The notes under the pieces are model-generated. The model made no database searches. It had not been told where the DNA came from and saw only the letters and a list, made by a program, of their open reading frames with translations. The position numbers and the translations under genes were made by a program. Positions 24,451-37,805 of a DNA stretch of 64,000 nucleotides are shown here, piece by piece. Location of the stretch: the NCBI GenBank assembly GCA_964199315.1, contig OZ116702.1:16802001-16866000 (forward strand), written 5' to 3'. The DNA is from Orbicella franksi (lineage: Eukaryota). How positions within the stretch are numbered: position 1 is the first letter of the stretch; the number at the start of each line of letters is the position of its first letter.

Positions 24451-25159
24451 AATACTTTCTCCAGGTTATGATAGTTCTTCTATTATACCATAAATGACTG
24501 AGAAGTTGTTTCAAACGACTGAAAGATAAATCATATTACCAGAGATGAATTTTGCCCAAGAAGATGTTTTACAAGGGAGTCCACCATCGCCTCCATCCTA
24601 GATTTAACTTTTGAAGAGCCATCCAGAGTAAATGGTATTTCTAAATGTACAGGAAAGAAAATAAAATGTGGAACTAAGCTGGTATTATCTATATGTGCAT
24701 ATATGAAAACATGCAAACAGCTGCACAAATATATCACTGCATAGACTAGATAGTTTTGAAAGAAATATCGCAAGTTGCAGTTCTACTGACTTGTATAGCC
24801 TACAACTTCTTCACCAAAAAAAATCATTTGGAAGATAGATTGCACTTTTTGTGTTGACTACAGTTTTGTCACATACTGGGCAATAACATCTGTAGGTGAC
24901 TCAGCTTTCATTTGCAAACAAACATCCAAACAATTTTCCAGTGAAAGCCTCATTTCTTTTTCTCATTTAATAGCGCAACAGCAAATTTGCTGTTTCTTCA
25001 GTACCTCAATACCTAACAGTATATAAAAATCATTATTACTCTACATTGGATGTTGCTTCACTCCAAAAACTGTAACTGGAAGTAGGCTCTTCCCAATACT
25101 GCTAGCACATTTTTGGCATAATTTGGCTTAGGCTTCTGTTTGCTACCTTTCCTCCAATA

Positions 25160-25440
25160 AGCATTGCCAGCATAATTGAGCGGTTTTGGCTACTTTTTAA
25201 GACTTTTTTTGCCCAACTCCAATCGAAGAAGGACCAGGAAAAGAGAAAAGAAAGTAGACTGGTGGCATTGTCTTAAGGAGAAGTTCACTCATTGGGTTTC
25301 AGCAGTGAAGCAAATTCTCTTGGTAGAGCCACCTTTCTGCTGCAGCAGAGTGTTTTCATCACTTTCAGGGTTGTTCAGTGACCAATAGGAAAATGCTCTT
25401 GTTGACTTCTTTGAAGCAAGTGCAATGTTTCAGTACACTG
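25160..25440 (+). pseudogene. hAT dimerisation-domain remnant
   Basis: WW..LKEKFTHWVSAVKQILLV..RVFS..FSDQ*ENAL.DF.EASAMFQY resembles hATC C-termini. Confidence 0.5.
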
Positions 25441-25829
25441 GGCAACATAGAATGTTGTACATAAAACAGATTTTGCAAGCCATATAAATGCCTTACCTAT
25501 GCTATGTTGCTATCTTGTGTTCATTGCTGAGCTTGAATAACCCAACAATGACCTATTTGCTGGATCAGAAGCCTGGACTACATTGTTGCTAGAACTAGCC
25601 ATCAAGGTACATGACTTTCATACAACTTTGACGCCTACAGTTCAAACTACCCAGCCCTTTGTACATATTATTCCTATATACACCGGATGCCTTCAAATAT
25701 TGTATAGTAGATTGAGTGAAGTGGAGTAATCATCCGCTTCACATGTGCATGTTTTTTGAGTAGCAATGATTTCTTTTCTTTCTTTTTCGTTGCATTTCCT
25801 TTTTTTATTAATGCATATTTGCCTTTCCA

Positions 25830-28800
25830 TTTATTGTGTTCAGGAATCGTCTGGAGCTTTAAATCATTTTTATATTGAGAAGTATTCAGATTTGAAAGAC
25901 CGTCGGTTAAAATGGGAATTAATTAAAATGGAAATAAGACATCTCACCATTTCATACTCAAAACACAAAGAAAAACAACGGAGAATTTGAGAAACGGAGC
26001 TTCAAAAGCGTTTGGAAGCTTTAGAAATGAAAATTAACACCTGTAATACGGACAAACAGTCAAGCGCTGAAATTGAAGATTATGACAACTTAAAAATCGA
26101 ACTTCAACGTATCTGCGAAGCCAAAGGGAAAGGTGCAATCTTTTGATCTAAAGTCAGGTGGGTTGAACAAGGTGAAAAACCCACAAAGCACTTCTTTAAT
26201 TTAGAGAAAAGGAATTTCAACCTTAAAGTAATTATGGAAATGAAAAGAGAAGACAGCAAAATACTTGTTGAAGAAGACGAGATAATGAGAGAAATCAAAT
26301 CCTTCTATGAGAATTTATATGCTTTGCATGACGAGGATAACAATGAGGCCTTTAATGATTTTGTGCGTGATCTGCAAACTGATAAATTAACAGACGAAGA
26401 AAGAGAGGACCTAGAGGGTTACATAACGATAGAGGAATGTTCCAAAGTCTTAAAAACCTCCCCCGCTGGTAAGTTGCCTGGAGATGATGGTTTCACGGCA
26501 GAATTCTACAATTTCTTCTTTGATTTAGTGAGCCGCGACTTAGTAAATAGTTTTAACACTGCATACAAAGGAAAGCTGTCAATATCTCAACCCAGAGGTG
26601 TAATAACTCTTGTGCCAAAGGATGATTCTTGTTTGTCAGAACTTTCAAATTGGGGCCCAATTACACTTTTAAATTTAGATTATAAGATCGCGTCAAAAGT
26701 AATAGCAAAGAGAATAGAAAATGTTTAAGATACGGCAAGAAAAAACAAATAGAAGAAATCAAATCTTCAACTCCGAAGCCAATATAAGTCAATTTGCCGA
26801 TGATACATCATTAATCTGTAGTAGCCTCGACTCTGTTGAGAAAGCAACTCAAGTGTTAAATTCCTTTGGGAATGTCTCCAGTTTATGATTAAACCCCACT
26901 AAAACCAAAGCTTTGTGGCTTGGCCCTTGGCATAATAGGGAAGAAAAACCAGTCCGAGTATTAGGTATCTTCATATCGTATGATGAAAAGCAAAATAATA
27001 AAAAGAATTGTCAGGTTAAAATCGAAAAATTAGGCTCTAAACTAGAGGTTTGGCGATCTCGGAATCTATCAATACTAGGCAGATGCCTAATCACAAAATG
27101 CCTCGGTATCCCGCAGTTAGTCTATTCTATGTCAATTCTAGATGTTCCTACAAATTGTATCCCAACCATTAATACATCTATTTTTCAGTTCATTTGGAAA
27201 AAAAGAAAAGACAAGATTAAGCATCAAGTGATGTATCAAAATTACGAAAAAGGAGGATTGCGTGTTCCAAACGCAGATGTAATGACAAAATCCTTAAGGC
27301 TAGCTTGGATATCGTGACTTCTAGCCAAAGATGACAAAAGAAACGAGGTTTGGAAAACAATCCCAAACCATTTCTTTGACATGTACGATGGTCTTAATTT
27401 TTTGTTAAGATGCAATTATGATTCGAAGTTTCTTGAGCGGACTGGTATGCCTCAATTCTTTAATTCAATGCTGCAATTCTTTCTTGAACTAAAATCCTCC
27501 TATGATAATAATAATAATAATAATCATCATCAATATTTAAACAGGGTGACCCCTTCAGTCGCAGGACTGGTATCAACGGGGGCCCTGTATAACGTAAAAT
27601 AAAAAGAGCATGTATAAATAATATATATCTATAAAAAAAACTAACTACTTTAAAAGATACGCTGAAATGTTTAAAAAATTTAAAAGCTTAAAAAGGTAAT
27701 AGCGTTCTCATAAAAATTGGATATAGAATTGAATCTGACATTGGGCAAGACTTGGTCTCATTTAACAATATAGAAATTCTTATTGATCAAAAGACTTTCT
27801 TTTACAAATTGTGGTTTCAAAAAGGAATTTTCCGGATACACGACCTCCTCACAAGGAATGGCACCTTTCTTTCGCATGGTGATTTCACCCACAAGTATGA
27901 CTTAAAATGCAATTTCCTACAGTATTTACAAGTAGTTTCAGCAATACCCCGGCAACTTGTTGAAAAAGCAAAGCAAAACCTGGGTGCCAAATTCACTTTT
28001 TCACCAGAAAACAGTTTTTTCCCAGCTATCACCTTCAATAAAGTGAACCTTCTGAAAATGAAGAGTAAAGATTATTACTCGTTTTTTTCAAAACAAATTA
28101 GATGCAGAACTTAAGGCGCCTGGAAAATAGATCCGTGATTTGCAGACTACTGATATAGAATTTAATGTCTACTTTAAAAACCTAAAAGGTTTCTACTTTA
28201 AATTTCTACACAGAATCATTGTTATGAAAAAGGAATTATGTCTGTATGGTATAGAATGCAACAGTGCATGCATGTACTGTCAGGAGTCTGACTCGATAAG
28301 CCACTCATTCATCCATTGTCGATGGTCAAAAAATTTTTCTCTGAAGTAATTAAGAGGTTTAATAAGGAAAATGACACCTCCTACTCACTTAACACAATTG
28401 AATTACTCTTCAGGAAATAATCAAATGAACCTGAACCCGGTTCATCCCAGAAGATGGTAAAAAAGCTTAACTATGTCCTTCTGTTTGCTAAATACTATAT
28501 TTATAACAATAAGCTTAGTTCAAAACAAGGAAGCTTGAACGAATTTACTACGAAACTGGAATTCAAGTATCATCTAGAAGGATTTTAAGTCAACATACAA
28601 GTGTAATTATGCCTCAAAATGTACAGAAAAGGGAATTGTAAGTTAACGTTTTATGATCTGCACAGTATTCGCTGTAAAAAAAGTAATAGCTTATTTTCAC
28701 TGACTAGACGTCGTATGTATGTAAAGCAGTATAACATAGTTTAATGTAGTCTATTTGAAATGTAGTGTAAGTTGTGTAAAGTAGTGTAATTTGGTTAAGT

Positions 28801-28850
28801 AAATTATATTGTAATATAGTGCTATGTGTTTGAAATAAAGTGTAAAAAAA
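25830..28850 (+). mobile_element. Tx1/L1-clade LINE, 5'-truncated, internally deleted, degenerate
   Basis: KLPGDDGFTAEFY; NWGPITLLNLDYKIASKVIAKRI; QFADDT; KTKALWLG; C-terminal CMYC..HSFIHC; 3' UTR ending AATAAAGTGTAAAAAAAA at about 28835-28850. Confidence 0.88.
27506..27729 (-). mobile_element. L2/CR1-type 3' end with (TAT)n tail inserted antisense into the Tx1 LINE
   Basis: Minus strand ends cagggcccccgttgatac..ggtcaccctgtttaaatattgatgatgattattattat. TGA duplication at 27503-27505 and 27730-27732. Excision restores SYESDIGQDLVSFNN. Confidence 0.7.
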
Positions 28851-29693
28851 ATTATATTTTGATCAAATTTGAACTCGTGCTTACCGCTCCTTCATCGCCC
28901 CTAAGTTATCACTAACATCATGTCAGACTGAAAAGGGAAAACCATGAAGAGTTTCCCTTACGATCGAATTAGTGTTTTCAAAACTAGCCAAACCAGCCAT
29001 CGACCATTGCATCCACTGGCAACTTTTCCATTTGCGACACCTAATTTCCCTGACTAAATTCTGAAATAAATAAAGTTTTCTCAAAGGAGCCTAGTTTCCA
29101 TGGAGTTTGTGAGTAAATAGACTTGAAAGTTTCCCTAAGGATTTTACAGGAACATTGCTTCAATCTACTTGCATTGCAGACATCAATGTTGATTAAATGA
29201 CAGCAAGGTAAACAGGCTCAGAATAATAGGTAAGCAGCAGTTTCTGAAACTACTCTATTAGACAACATATTCCATATTCAAACATGGGGTAAAATGGCAG
29301 AAAAATGACAGCCTAGTCTAGCTGAGATGTGGCAGCTTGCAGTGTCAAAGATCAAAAGAAAAAGGACATTCCAAGTAATCATATAATGTAATCAGATGTA
29401 TCATTATCAAGTTTTATCAAGCAGTAGCAAACTCATTTACATATTTTTTTTCTGAACAAGATCTACCATAAATTATCACTATGATAACTTACTATGATAA
29501 ATTTACTATGATAAATTATCACGTTAACAAAAAATTATGATTTGAAAGCAATCGTCATAACTCACTCATCTTTATAATTATTTTTGCACACTGTATCAAC
29601 ATCAACACAGAAATCAAGAAACAAATTGTCACTTCTGAGTAATGAAAGACTTAATTCAAAAAATACTGGCAATCCCTACAGCTTACATAAAGC

Positions 29694-32283
29694 CCCAGGG
29701 GAGCCCCAGCATAAGGTCTCCTGGAGACACCCACACTCAAAACACTGGCACCAGCTGGATCTCATTCTGGTCAGACAAACCGCCATTAAGAAAGTTCTCC
29801 ACACACGCTCTTATCACAGCGCGGACTGCGATACAGACCACTCCTTGGTGTGCTGCAAGATCAAGCTCCAGCCCAAGAGGTATCACCGCAGCAAGAAGCA
29901 AGGGAATCCTTGCATTGATGTCAGCAAGTTGAGCCAGCCAGACCTTGTGGAGCAGTTTGCTGGGGGGTTTGAGAGTGAACTGAAAACCTCACAGACCGGA
30001 GACTCTGCCACGGAGAAGTGGGCTACCCTGCTGGATACCATGCACTCCACTGCGTTGGCCACCTTTGGGAGAAAGACCCTGAAGTCACACCACTGGTTTG
30101 AAGCCCAGTCTGCCGAGATGACTCCCGTCATTGAAGCCAAGTGCACCGCTCTAGCGGAGTATAGGCGGTCTCCCAGCGAGAGAAACCTGCAGATTCTCCG
30201 GGCTGCCAGGAGCAAAGCTCAGCAAACTGCCAGACACTGTGCCAACGAGTATTGGTCACAGCTCAGCGAAACAATCCAGACAGCAGCAATTACAGGGAAC
30301 ATCAGAGGGATGTATGATGGCATCAAGACAGCAATGGGACCAGTGCAGGACAAGACAGCTCACCTGAAATCCACCACTGGGGAAATCATCACAGACAAGG
30401 GGCAACAGATGGAGAGATGGGTGGAACACTATTCTGACCTCTACTCCAGACAGAATGTTGCGACAACTGCAGTCCTTGATGCCATCGAGTGCCTGCCTGT
30501 CATCGGACAGCTCGACACTGAACTGACCACAGAGGAACTTAACAATGCCATCAACAGCTTGGCCTCAGGGAAAGCCCCAGGCAGTGATGGGATCTCCCTG
30601 ACCTGATCAAGCACTGCGCGACTACCCTACTGCTTCCTTTGCATGAAGTCCTCTGCCAGTGCTGGAAAGATGGGGCTGTTCCACAAGACATGAGGGATGC
30701 CAAGATCGTCACCCTCTACAAAAACAAAGGTGAGTGAAGCGACTGTAACAACTACAGAGGCATCTTGCTACTCAGCATCGTGGGCAAAGTCTTCGTTCGG
30801 GTCATCTTGGTCCGTCTGCAGAAACTTGTCTACCTAGAGTCACAGTGCGGTTTCTGAGCTGAAAGATCAACAGTAGACATGGTCTTCTCCCTTCGCCAGC
30901 TTCAGGAGAAGTGCAGGGAACAGCAGATGCCCCTGTATGCCGCCTTTCATCGATCTCATAAAGGCATTCGACCTTGTCAGCAGAGAGGGCCTCTTCAGAA
31001 TCCTGCCCAAGATTGGCTGCCCACCCAAGCTGCAGAGCTTGATTGAGTCCTTCCACAGCAACATGCAGGGGACCACGCAGTTCAACAGCAGCACCTCAGA
31101 GCCCTTCAACATCTGCAGTGGGGTCAAACAGGGTTGTGTCCTCACACCAACTCTCTTGGGGATCTTCACCATGCTTCTGAAGCATGCATTCGGCATGTCA
31201 AGGGATCTACCTGCGTACGAGATCAGATGGCAGGCTTTTCAATCATGCCCACCTCAGAGCCACGACCAAAGTACGCGAAGCCCTTATCAGAGACATGCTG
31301 CTTGCTGACAATGCGGCAGTAGCAACCCACACCCAGCCAGAACTTCAGTCACTGATGGACCACTTCTCCCAGGCCTGTAGAGACTTTGGGCTGACCATCA
31401 GCCTGAAAAAGACCAACGTCCTGGGACAAGGCACTGAATCACCACCAGTCATCACTATTGACGACTATGAGCTTGATGCGGTGCATCAGTTCACATACCT
31501 TGGCTCCACTATCACTAAAAACCTCTCCCTAGACACAGAGCTTGATAAGAGAATTGGGAAGGCAGCCACAACCCTTGCACACCTCACATCACGTGTATGG
31601 ACCAACCCCAAGTTGACAATGAAGACCAAGATGGCAGTTTACAATGCCTGTGTCATCAGCACACTGCTATACGGCAGCAAGACATGGACCACATACGCCA
31701 GGCAAGAAAGGCATCTGAACACCTTCCACATGAGAAGCCTCTGCCGCATCCTGGGAATATCGTGGCAATATAAGGTGCCCAACACTGAGGTCCTACCTCT
31801 CACAGGTCTGCCCAGCATATTCACACTGCTCAGACAGTGCAGACTCCGTTGGCTAGGCCACGTCGACTGCATGCCAGACGGCTGCATCCCCAAAGACCTC
31901 CTGTAAGGAGAGCTGGCCTGTGGAAAAAGACCCACCGGGCGGCCACAGCTGCAATACCGCGACGTTGTGAAACGCAACATGAAGGCTGTAGACATCAACA
32001 CAGAGTCCTGGGAGAGCCTGGCAGCCAACTGGTCCAAGTGGAGAGAAGCCCTGACCAAACACCTCAAATCAGGGGAGGAGAAGCTGACACAAGCCGCCAC
32101 AGAGAGGTGGGTCCACAGAAAACAAAGCGACAGCCTTGACAGACCAGAGACAGAACACAAATGCAGCCTCTGCAACAGAGACTGACACTCCCGCATCGGC
32201 CTCTACAGCCAGACTTCAGTGCTCCAGCCAAGCAGACAACTAGGATGCTACCGATGGTCAACCCTGACTGACGGAGGCCTACC
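29694..32283 (+). mobile_element. RTE-clade LINE, 5'-truncated (end of APE plus RT), degenerate
   Basis: HWHQLDLIL..SADCDTDHSLV; GKAPGSDG; FIDLIKAFDLV; GVKQGCVL; LLADNAA; FTYLGS; LRWLGHV. 9-bp TSD ACATAAAGC at 29685-29693 and 32284-32292. Confidence 0.92.
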
Positions 32284-32639
32284 ACATAAAGCAAATGTTT
32301 CGGTGTTCATGTAAACATAATTTAAGTGTTTGAAAAATTGCCACGTAGGTGACATGAAGTGGTTTCATTGTTTAGGTGACAAAACCCCAAACGAAACTGA
32401 AGTGAGAAAAACAAATTCTGAAATAGCAACTTCAGAGACATCAACTCCAAAAACAACAGCTCCAGCAACAAAAACTTCAGAAACAAGATCGCAACCACTG
32501 CAGCCAACAACTGGGTCATCAACCCAGCCTCGATATGAAAAAGCCAATTTGAAAAAACATCTGCCCAAGGCCAGATTACAGAGATCTACAAGCAGTTCCC
32601 TGATGCTTCCTCTTCCAAAGCTGTAAATGCAAAGGCTTT

Positions 32640-34810
32640 GTACTTACATCTCCAATGAAGAGCATGACAGAATTAAAGTCAAAAGAAACAGGGAAAAGTT
32701 CCATCACAGTTAGCTTGGAAACAAAACAATATATTTCTGTCAGCAAACTGCCATGTTTTGGCCTGTGTATACTTAGGGGGAATGGTTTTGTTGCCTTCAG
32801 TGAAGAAGCACCAAAAGGAAATCTTCAGAACAAAGAGGTTAAATTCACTGTGAGGATAAAGGAGCAATTCCTTAAGAGTCATGTAGCATGCAGGGCACAG
32901 CTAAAAGCAGTATCAGGAGAACTGCTGAATTGTGTATCCTACCTCCAGCATCAATCAGACTGTGCTGCAGAAATTGAAGATGAAGTAGACTTCAACACCT
33001 TTTATGCAATGTACTGCCTGGTAAAACATTGCATTGCAAACAAACATCATGTTACCTTAACATCTTGGTTGTGAAGTTATGGATTTTAGCACAGATCAGC
33101 AGTTAATGCGACCACCTTGTTATTATGGCCACTTTAGTCTGGCCCGTAAAAAAGCTCAGTCAGTCATTTTCTTATTTAAAGAACCCCTTTAATACAACCA
33201 CCCTGTTGATGCGCCCAATTTTCCATGGCCTGAAGGTGGTCGTAATAAGAGGGTTCCACTATACTGCAGGAAAAAAGAGAAAGTAAAGACAAAGCTTCTC
33301 AGTGGAAAATGTCCTTGATCAGAGTGACAGCTACAGTGTCAATGCTGAAACACTGTTTCAAGTGTTTTGTAAGAGACTAAATTAACTGGGTCTTAATGTG
33401 ACCAAGGTCAGTGGCATGGTGTCAGGATACAACAACAGTGTAGTAGCCAAATTAAAGGCCATTGTACCTTCTGTAATTGTTGTTAATTGTGTCTGTCATC
33501 AGTTTGCACTAGCTGAGAGAAAGTGACAACCTATCTGACTGAACTCTGGAAGCTGTTTCAGTATTCAAACCAGAATATGGCAGCATTTAGGAAGATTCAG
33601 TTGAACACATGCAACCATCAGCTCCCGTCAAATGTGAAGATGACCACTAAGAATATTAAAAAGGCATGCAAAACACAGGGGCTCTCCACAGACACTGCTA
33701 TCAGATAAACTGTGGAAAACTACCCAGCTATCATCCAAACCCTTCACATGAATACTGCAGAGTTTCTTAGTACAATGTACATTCTACGTTCTGTTCTGCC
33801 TAGACTTTCATATGTCTCCAAAGCTTTCCAAAGGTCAGTGGAAAATTTCAGCCACATGAAACAATGTCTGGATTTTTAAATGGGTGCCTTGAAAGGGATG
33901 CAACCATCTCAAAGTCCAATTGAAGACTTTAAATCTGCCACAGAAAAGCTGAAAGAAACAGATCCACTTGATTATGAAGTTCCCAACAGAGTTATGGAGG
34001 ACATAAAGAGAATGTTAGTGAACTACCGTGATGTGCAAGTGAGAAATATGGATGACCAGCTCAAGGAATCTTTACCAGTTGACAGCAGGGCAGCGTCTAT
34101 ATTTGACCCTTTGTTGATGCCCTAAGCTGGTGATGTAAAGTCATATGGCCTTGTGGAGACTGACTAGCACTTCTTCCCTGAGGATGCAGATTAACATGAG
34201 AGAGTGAAAGCTGAATGGTGGTAGTTAAAATATGACATCCTAGACTGAAGAAGCAAAATTCCTAGAGCTATCAAGGAAGGGACCACAAATTTTCCAGCAA
34301 TGCGCCCTTGGAGCACTGTATCCCTGTGTTTCAAATATTGCAGAAGTTGCCTTGGCATTGCCTGTTTCTAATACATGGTCTGAAATGGGTGCAAGCAAAC
34401 TCAAGTTAATAAACTCAAGGCTTCAAAGTCGTTTAAAGAATGATCTGCTTAATTCCTTTCTGCAGATGTCAACAAATGGCCCAGATGCCTTTTCCAAGGA
34501 GAGTGATGACATAATCAGAAGAGCAATAAAGCTGTGGATGAAAGTGAAGAAAGTTTGCTACAAGACAACAGGAGGGCAAAATGATGTGGCTGAAGCACCA
34601 CGAGCAGGGCAGACTGAACAGGCCAAGTCCATTACTGTTACAGAAGCAGGTACACAAACAGAAAAGAAATCTGTTGAACTCGTGGAGAAGCAGGAAGTGG
34701 CAGCAAACGTTTCATGCTTAGATCTGGATCATGAGGGAAACGAAGAATCTGACAGCAAGGAAGATAGTGGATGGGAGGATGATGATAATGAAGACTACAT
34801 TTATGACTGA
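32640..34810 (+). pseudogene. hAT transposase remnant (ZNF862-like)
   Basis: VRIKEQFLKSHVAC..FYAMYCLVKH; GMVSG..VVAKLKAIVPSVIVVNCVCHQFAL; YLTELWKLF; hATC ALPVSN..GASKLKLI..RL.SRLKNDLLN; acidic tail. Confidence 0.8.
33100..33262. mobile_element. Tc1/pogo-type MITE fragment
   Basis: Ends GGTGGTCGTAATAAGAGGGTTCCACTATA, resembling TA-flanked CAGTGGAACC termini. The other end is missing. Confidence 0.45.
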
Positions 34811-36028
34811 AAAGTAGTCAGTGTTCCAATAATTTCAACAAATAAGCACAAATCCCTGGGATAAACTTGTATTTTTTATTGACAATGATTCATCAAGTGT
34901 TCAGTTAACACCTACCTATATTTTTCAATTCCAAATTAAAGATGAAGGTGTAAGAATGTAAGTAACCAGAGACTACCGTCTTTCTAAACTTGTAATTAAT
35001 TACACATACATGTAAGATGTTGTCTAACCTTAAACTTCAAGGCCCAAATTTTAATTCCAAGGACATGAACGATATCAAAAACCAAGCAAACCAGTTTAAT
35101 TTGATTTGATTTATTATTATGTATCACACTTTGCTCTTTCAAAATTGTACTTACTTTCTTAACACTTGTTTGAACCAATGATATACAATGTTCTTACTAG
35201 AGTTAATATATTGATTTAACCTAGCCTAAAAGCAGAGCTCTTGGGCCGGGTTGTTCAAAGTCCAATTGAGTTAGCCCAGGGTGAGCAAGAATTTTGATTT
35301 GAGTTTGGTAACTTTTTGGTGAGGTTCTCTGTTTATACTGTTTGGCCTTCTGTTTTGAGTTTGAATAATCTCAAACTATGCAGAACAAAAACAGGGAAAA
35401 CAATTTGTATACAAGACAAATTTATACTTCAGTTAACTTTTAATCCTGCATTTGCCTGACATGAGCCTGTGATCTAATCCAAAACCAGTATTTGGTCAGT
35501 GTTGAACTTTAAAAAACATGTGACCTCAATGAGCTCTAAACCTGAACCCACGATATGGTTACATGATACTGGTCAGCAGATACCTTGTTTTAACAGGTGT
35601 CAATTGACCATAACACCAATGTGCAATATCAAAGATGCACCTGTTGACCAAGGCTGCAGGACTTGGTGTTAGCTGTAGTATGGCTGCCACGTTTTGCGAC
35701 ATCGTCATCATTTGTCATCGTTGCAGAGTGCCCACGCTGGCCATGTTGGCCATGAAAAAAGAGTTGCATGGTTTTCTATTTCTTTGCATGCACATGGTTC
35801 TGTTCCTATAGTTATGGTAATCCTCTTGGTGGCCCTTCAGGCCACTGGAGCTCTGCTATTAAAACCTACTAAAACATCAGTGTTTTTTGGCATTTGAATT
35901 ATCCTATTTTGCAACTCAAAATGCTTAAAAGTGAGTCTAGAATTTCAAACATTTCTGGGGGAACATGCCCCAAGACTCCTTTTTGGGCCTTCAAACTCCT
36001 ACTCAGCACAATGTGACTTTTTCTTTAA

Positions 36029-37805
36029 AGTGCACCTAACCCCCAATTTTTTTTTCGCTAAAACAAATCTAGACTTTATTTGAAGCATTTGGGCGAAGAA
36101 ATTTTTGAATTTGGTTGAATCCTCGATTTTCTATGCCCTTTCAAAGTCACGATTAAGTGTTTCACGACCGCGTTTTAGGGAGTCTGGGGCGGCGGTACCT
36201 GATGACGTCTACCCAGGAACCAAACACAATAGCGCCTCAGTCAACTCACTGTATTTGCTCGAGAAAATAGAATGCAAAACTAATCGTTCCGATGCATTTT
36301 GGGACTAAAACGTCCAAGTTTTGTCTCAGAATCATTTCTTTTTCGTCACTGGAGTCAGAGTTAAGTTTCGATTTGGAAGACTCTGAAATAAACTTTGATT
36401 GAGCACGTTTGACAACTGTGAACTCACTGCTTAGAGCTTTGAGAGCAATTTGCAATATTTCAAGCGACGATGGGGAAGACGTCTTTGTGGATGAGCTGCT
36501 TGTATATTAGGAATGGAAAGCTAGATACAAAGTGGAGGAGCAGGCAAACGAACAGCAGGAAAGAAAACTCAAGGACTGCTTTGGATGGTAATTTCGTCAA
36601 CTAAACATAAGATTCCCACGCGTGTTTATAGCCCGTTTACATTTGTCCTTACCGAGAATGTATTTTGTCAAGGTTCTGTTAAATCCAGTTTACTTTCAGT
36701 TGAATGCTTCATGTTTATAAGAGCGACGTACGTGTTGCAGTTTTCGAGACTTGATGACCTCCAAAACATTGGCTTCGATCGATTGAAAATCGTATTGTTT
36801 GGACCTGTATTTTTGAAGCTGCGGGAAGCAAGGCGGAAGGAAACATTTCATACAATTACTGATTTCACATTGTCACACGTTTTAAGTTGTAACTCCAAAT
36901 AACCAATGTAAATTGTTCTCAAAGTTTGCAGTGAAATTCGTCGGATAAGCGAAAAGGATGTGTTCCCTAAGTGGTCTGCAGATATTGTTACGCGGTCATA
37001 TTTTCGACGCTATTGCACAGAATCTTTGTCACACTGCTGATTTCCAAACCTTCGAGAAACTCTGTGCGTCTAACAATTTTGTTATCATGTAATTCTAGAG
37101 GATTAATCTTCGACTTTCATCTAAATCGAAAGAGAAATAAGTGTTGGTTAGCAGCGTACAGTTGCGATCTATTTACGTATCAGTATAACGCTTCTTGATC
37201 ATGACCGGATCACACAACTTTGCCGGTTATGTTATAAATACTGCGGGATTGGAAGATATAGGTTGTCGGTGGTATTTCTACAAATTGCTGGTTAGCTTTA
37301 AGCAGAAAATTTATGAAAACAGCGTTCGAAAGTCTGCAGAACAAATTCCAGTGAGAGTTCTTCAATGGTTCTCACAGATTCAGTTCGCTTGGTTCGGTTC
37401 GACAAAATCAACCATCGTTTACGTCTTTATTGCACCATTAGCCGATTATCGCCAGTAAATTGTACAGTATACCTTTCTTTAAATCTGGAATATTGCTGCA
37501 ACAGCCGATAGCACCTCTGGAAGGCGTTTCTGCGCACTTTTCGAATGTGTATTGCACCATCCTGAAGGAGATGAGAGGAAATGAGATATCCAACCTTCCT
37601 GGGTAGACGTCACAAGAGCCGCTGGACCCATTCTCCTCAAACTCGGTCGTGAAACAAAATGGCGGTGTTTTGGAGCGATTTTCGAGATTTCGTCGTGGCA
37701 CAGAAAATCGAGGATTTAACGGAATCCAAAAATATTTTCACAGAACTATTTCAAATAATAAATAGATTCGTTCTAGCAAAAAAAATTTTGGGGGTTAGGT
37801 GCACT
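36029..37805. mobile_element. Non-autonomous Kolobok element (deletion derivative with THAP and probable KolX remnants)
   Basis: TIR AGTGCACCTAACCCCCAA / TTGGGGGTTAGGTGCACT with TTAA at 36025-36028 and 37806-37809. The subterminal motif GACGTCTACCCAGGAA occurs near both ends. Confidence 0.8.

Noticed and set aside
29470-29522. (ACTATGATAA)-type short tandem repeat with flanking TATCAC
   Set aside because: Three to four copies of a low-complexity AT-rich unit with no supporting context.
32640-34810. Domesticated host ZNF862 gene (also 61253-63016)
   Set aside because: Many stops and frameshifts, MITE or transposon insertions, and no exon structure.
35245-36020. Several short fragments of common interspersed repeats
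   Set aside because: They resemble MITE or hAT subterminal pieces, but the ends and families could not be supported from the sequence alone.
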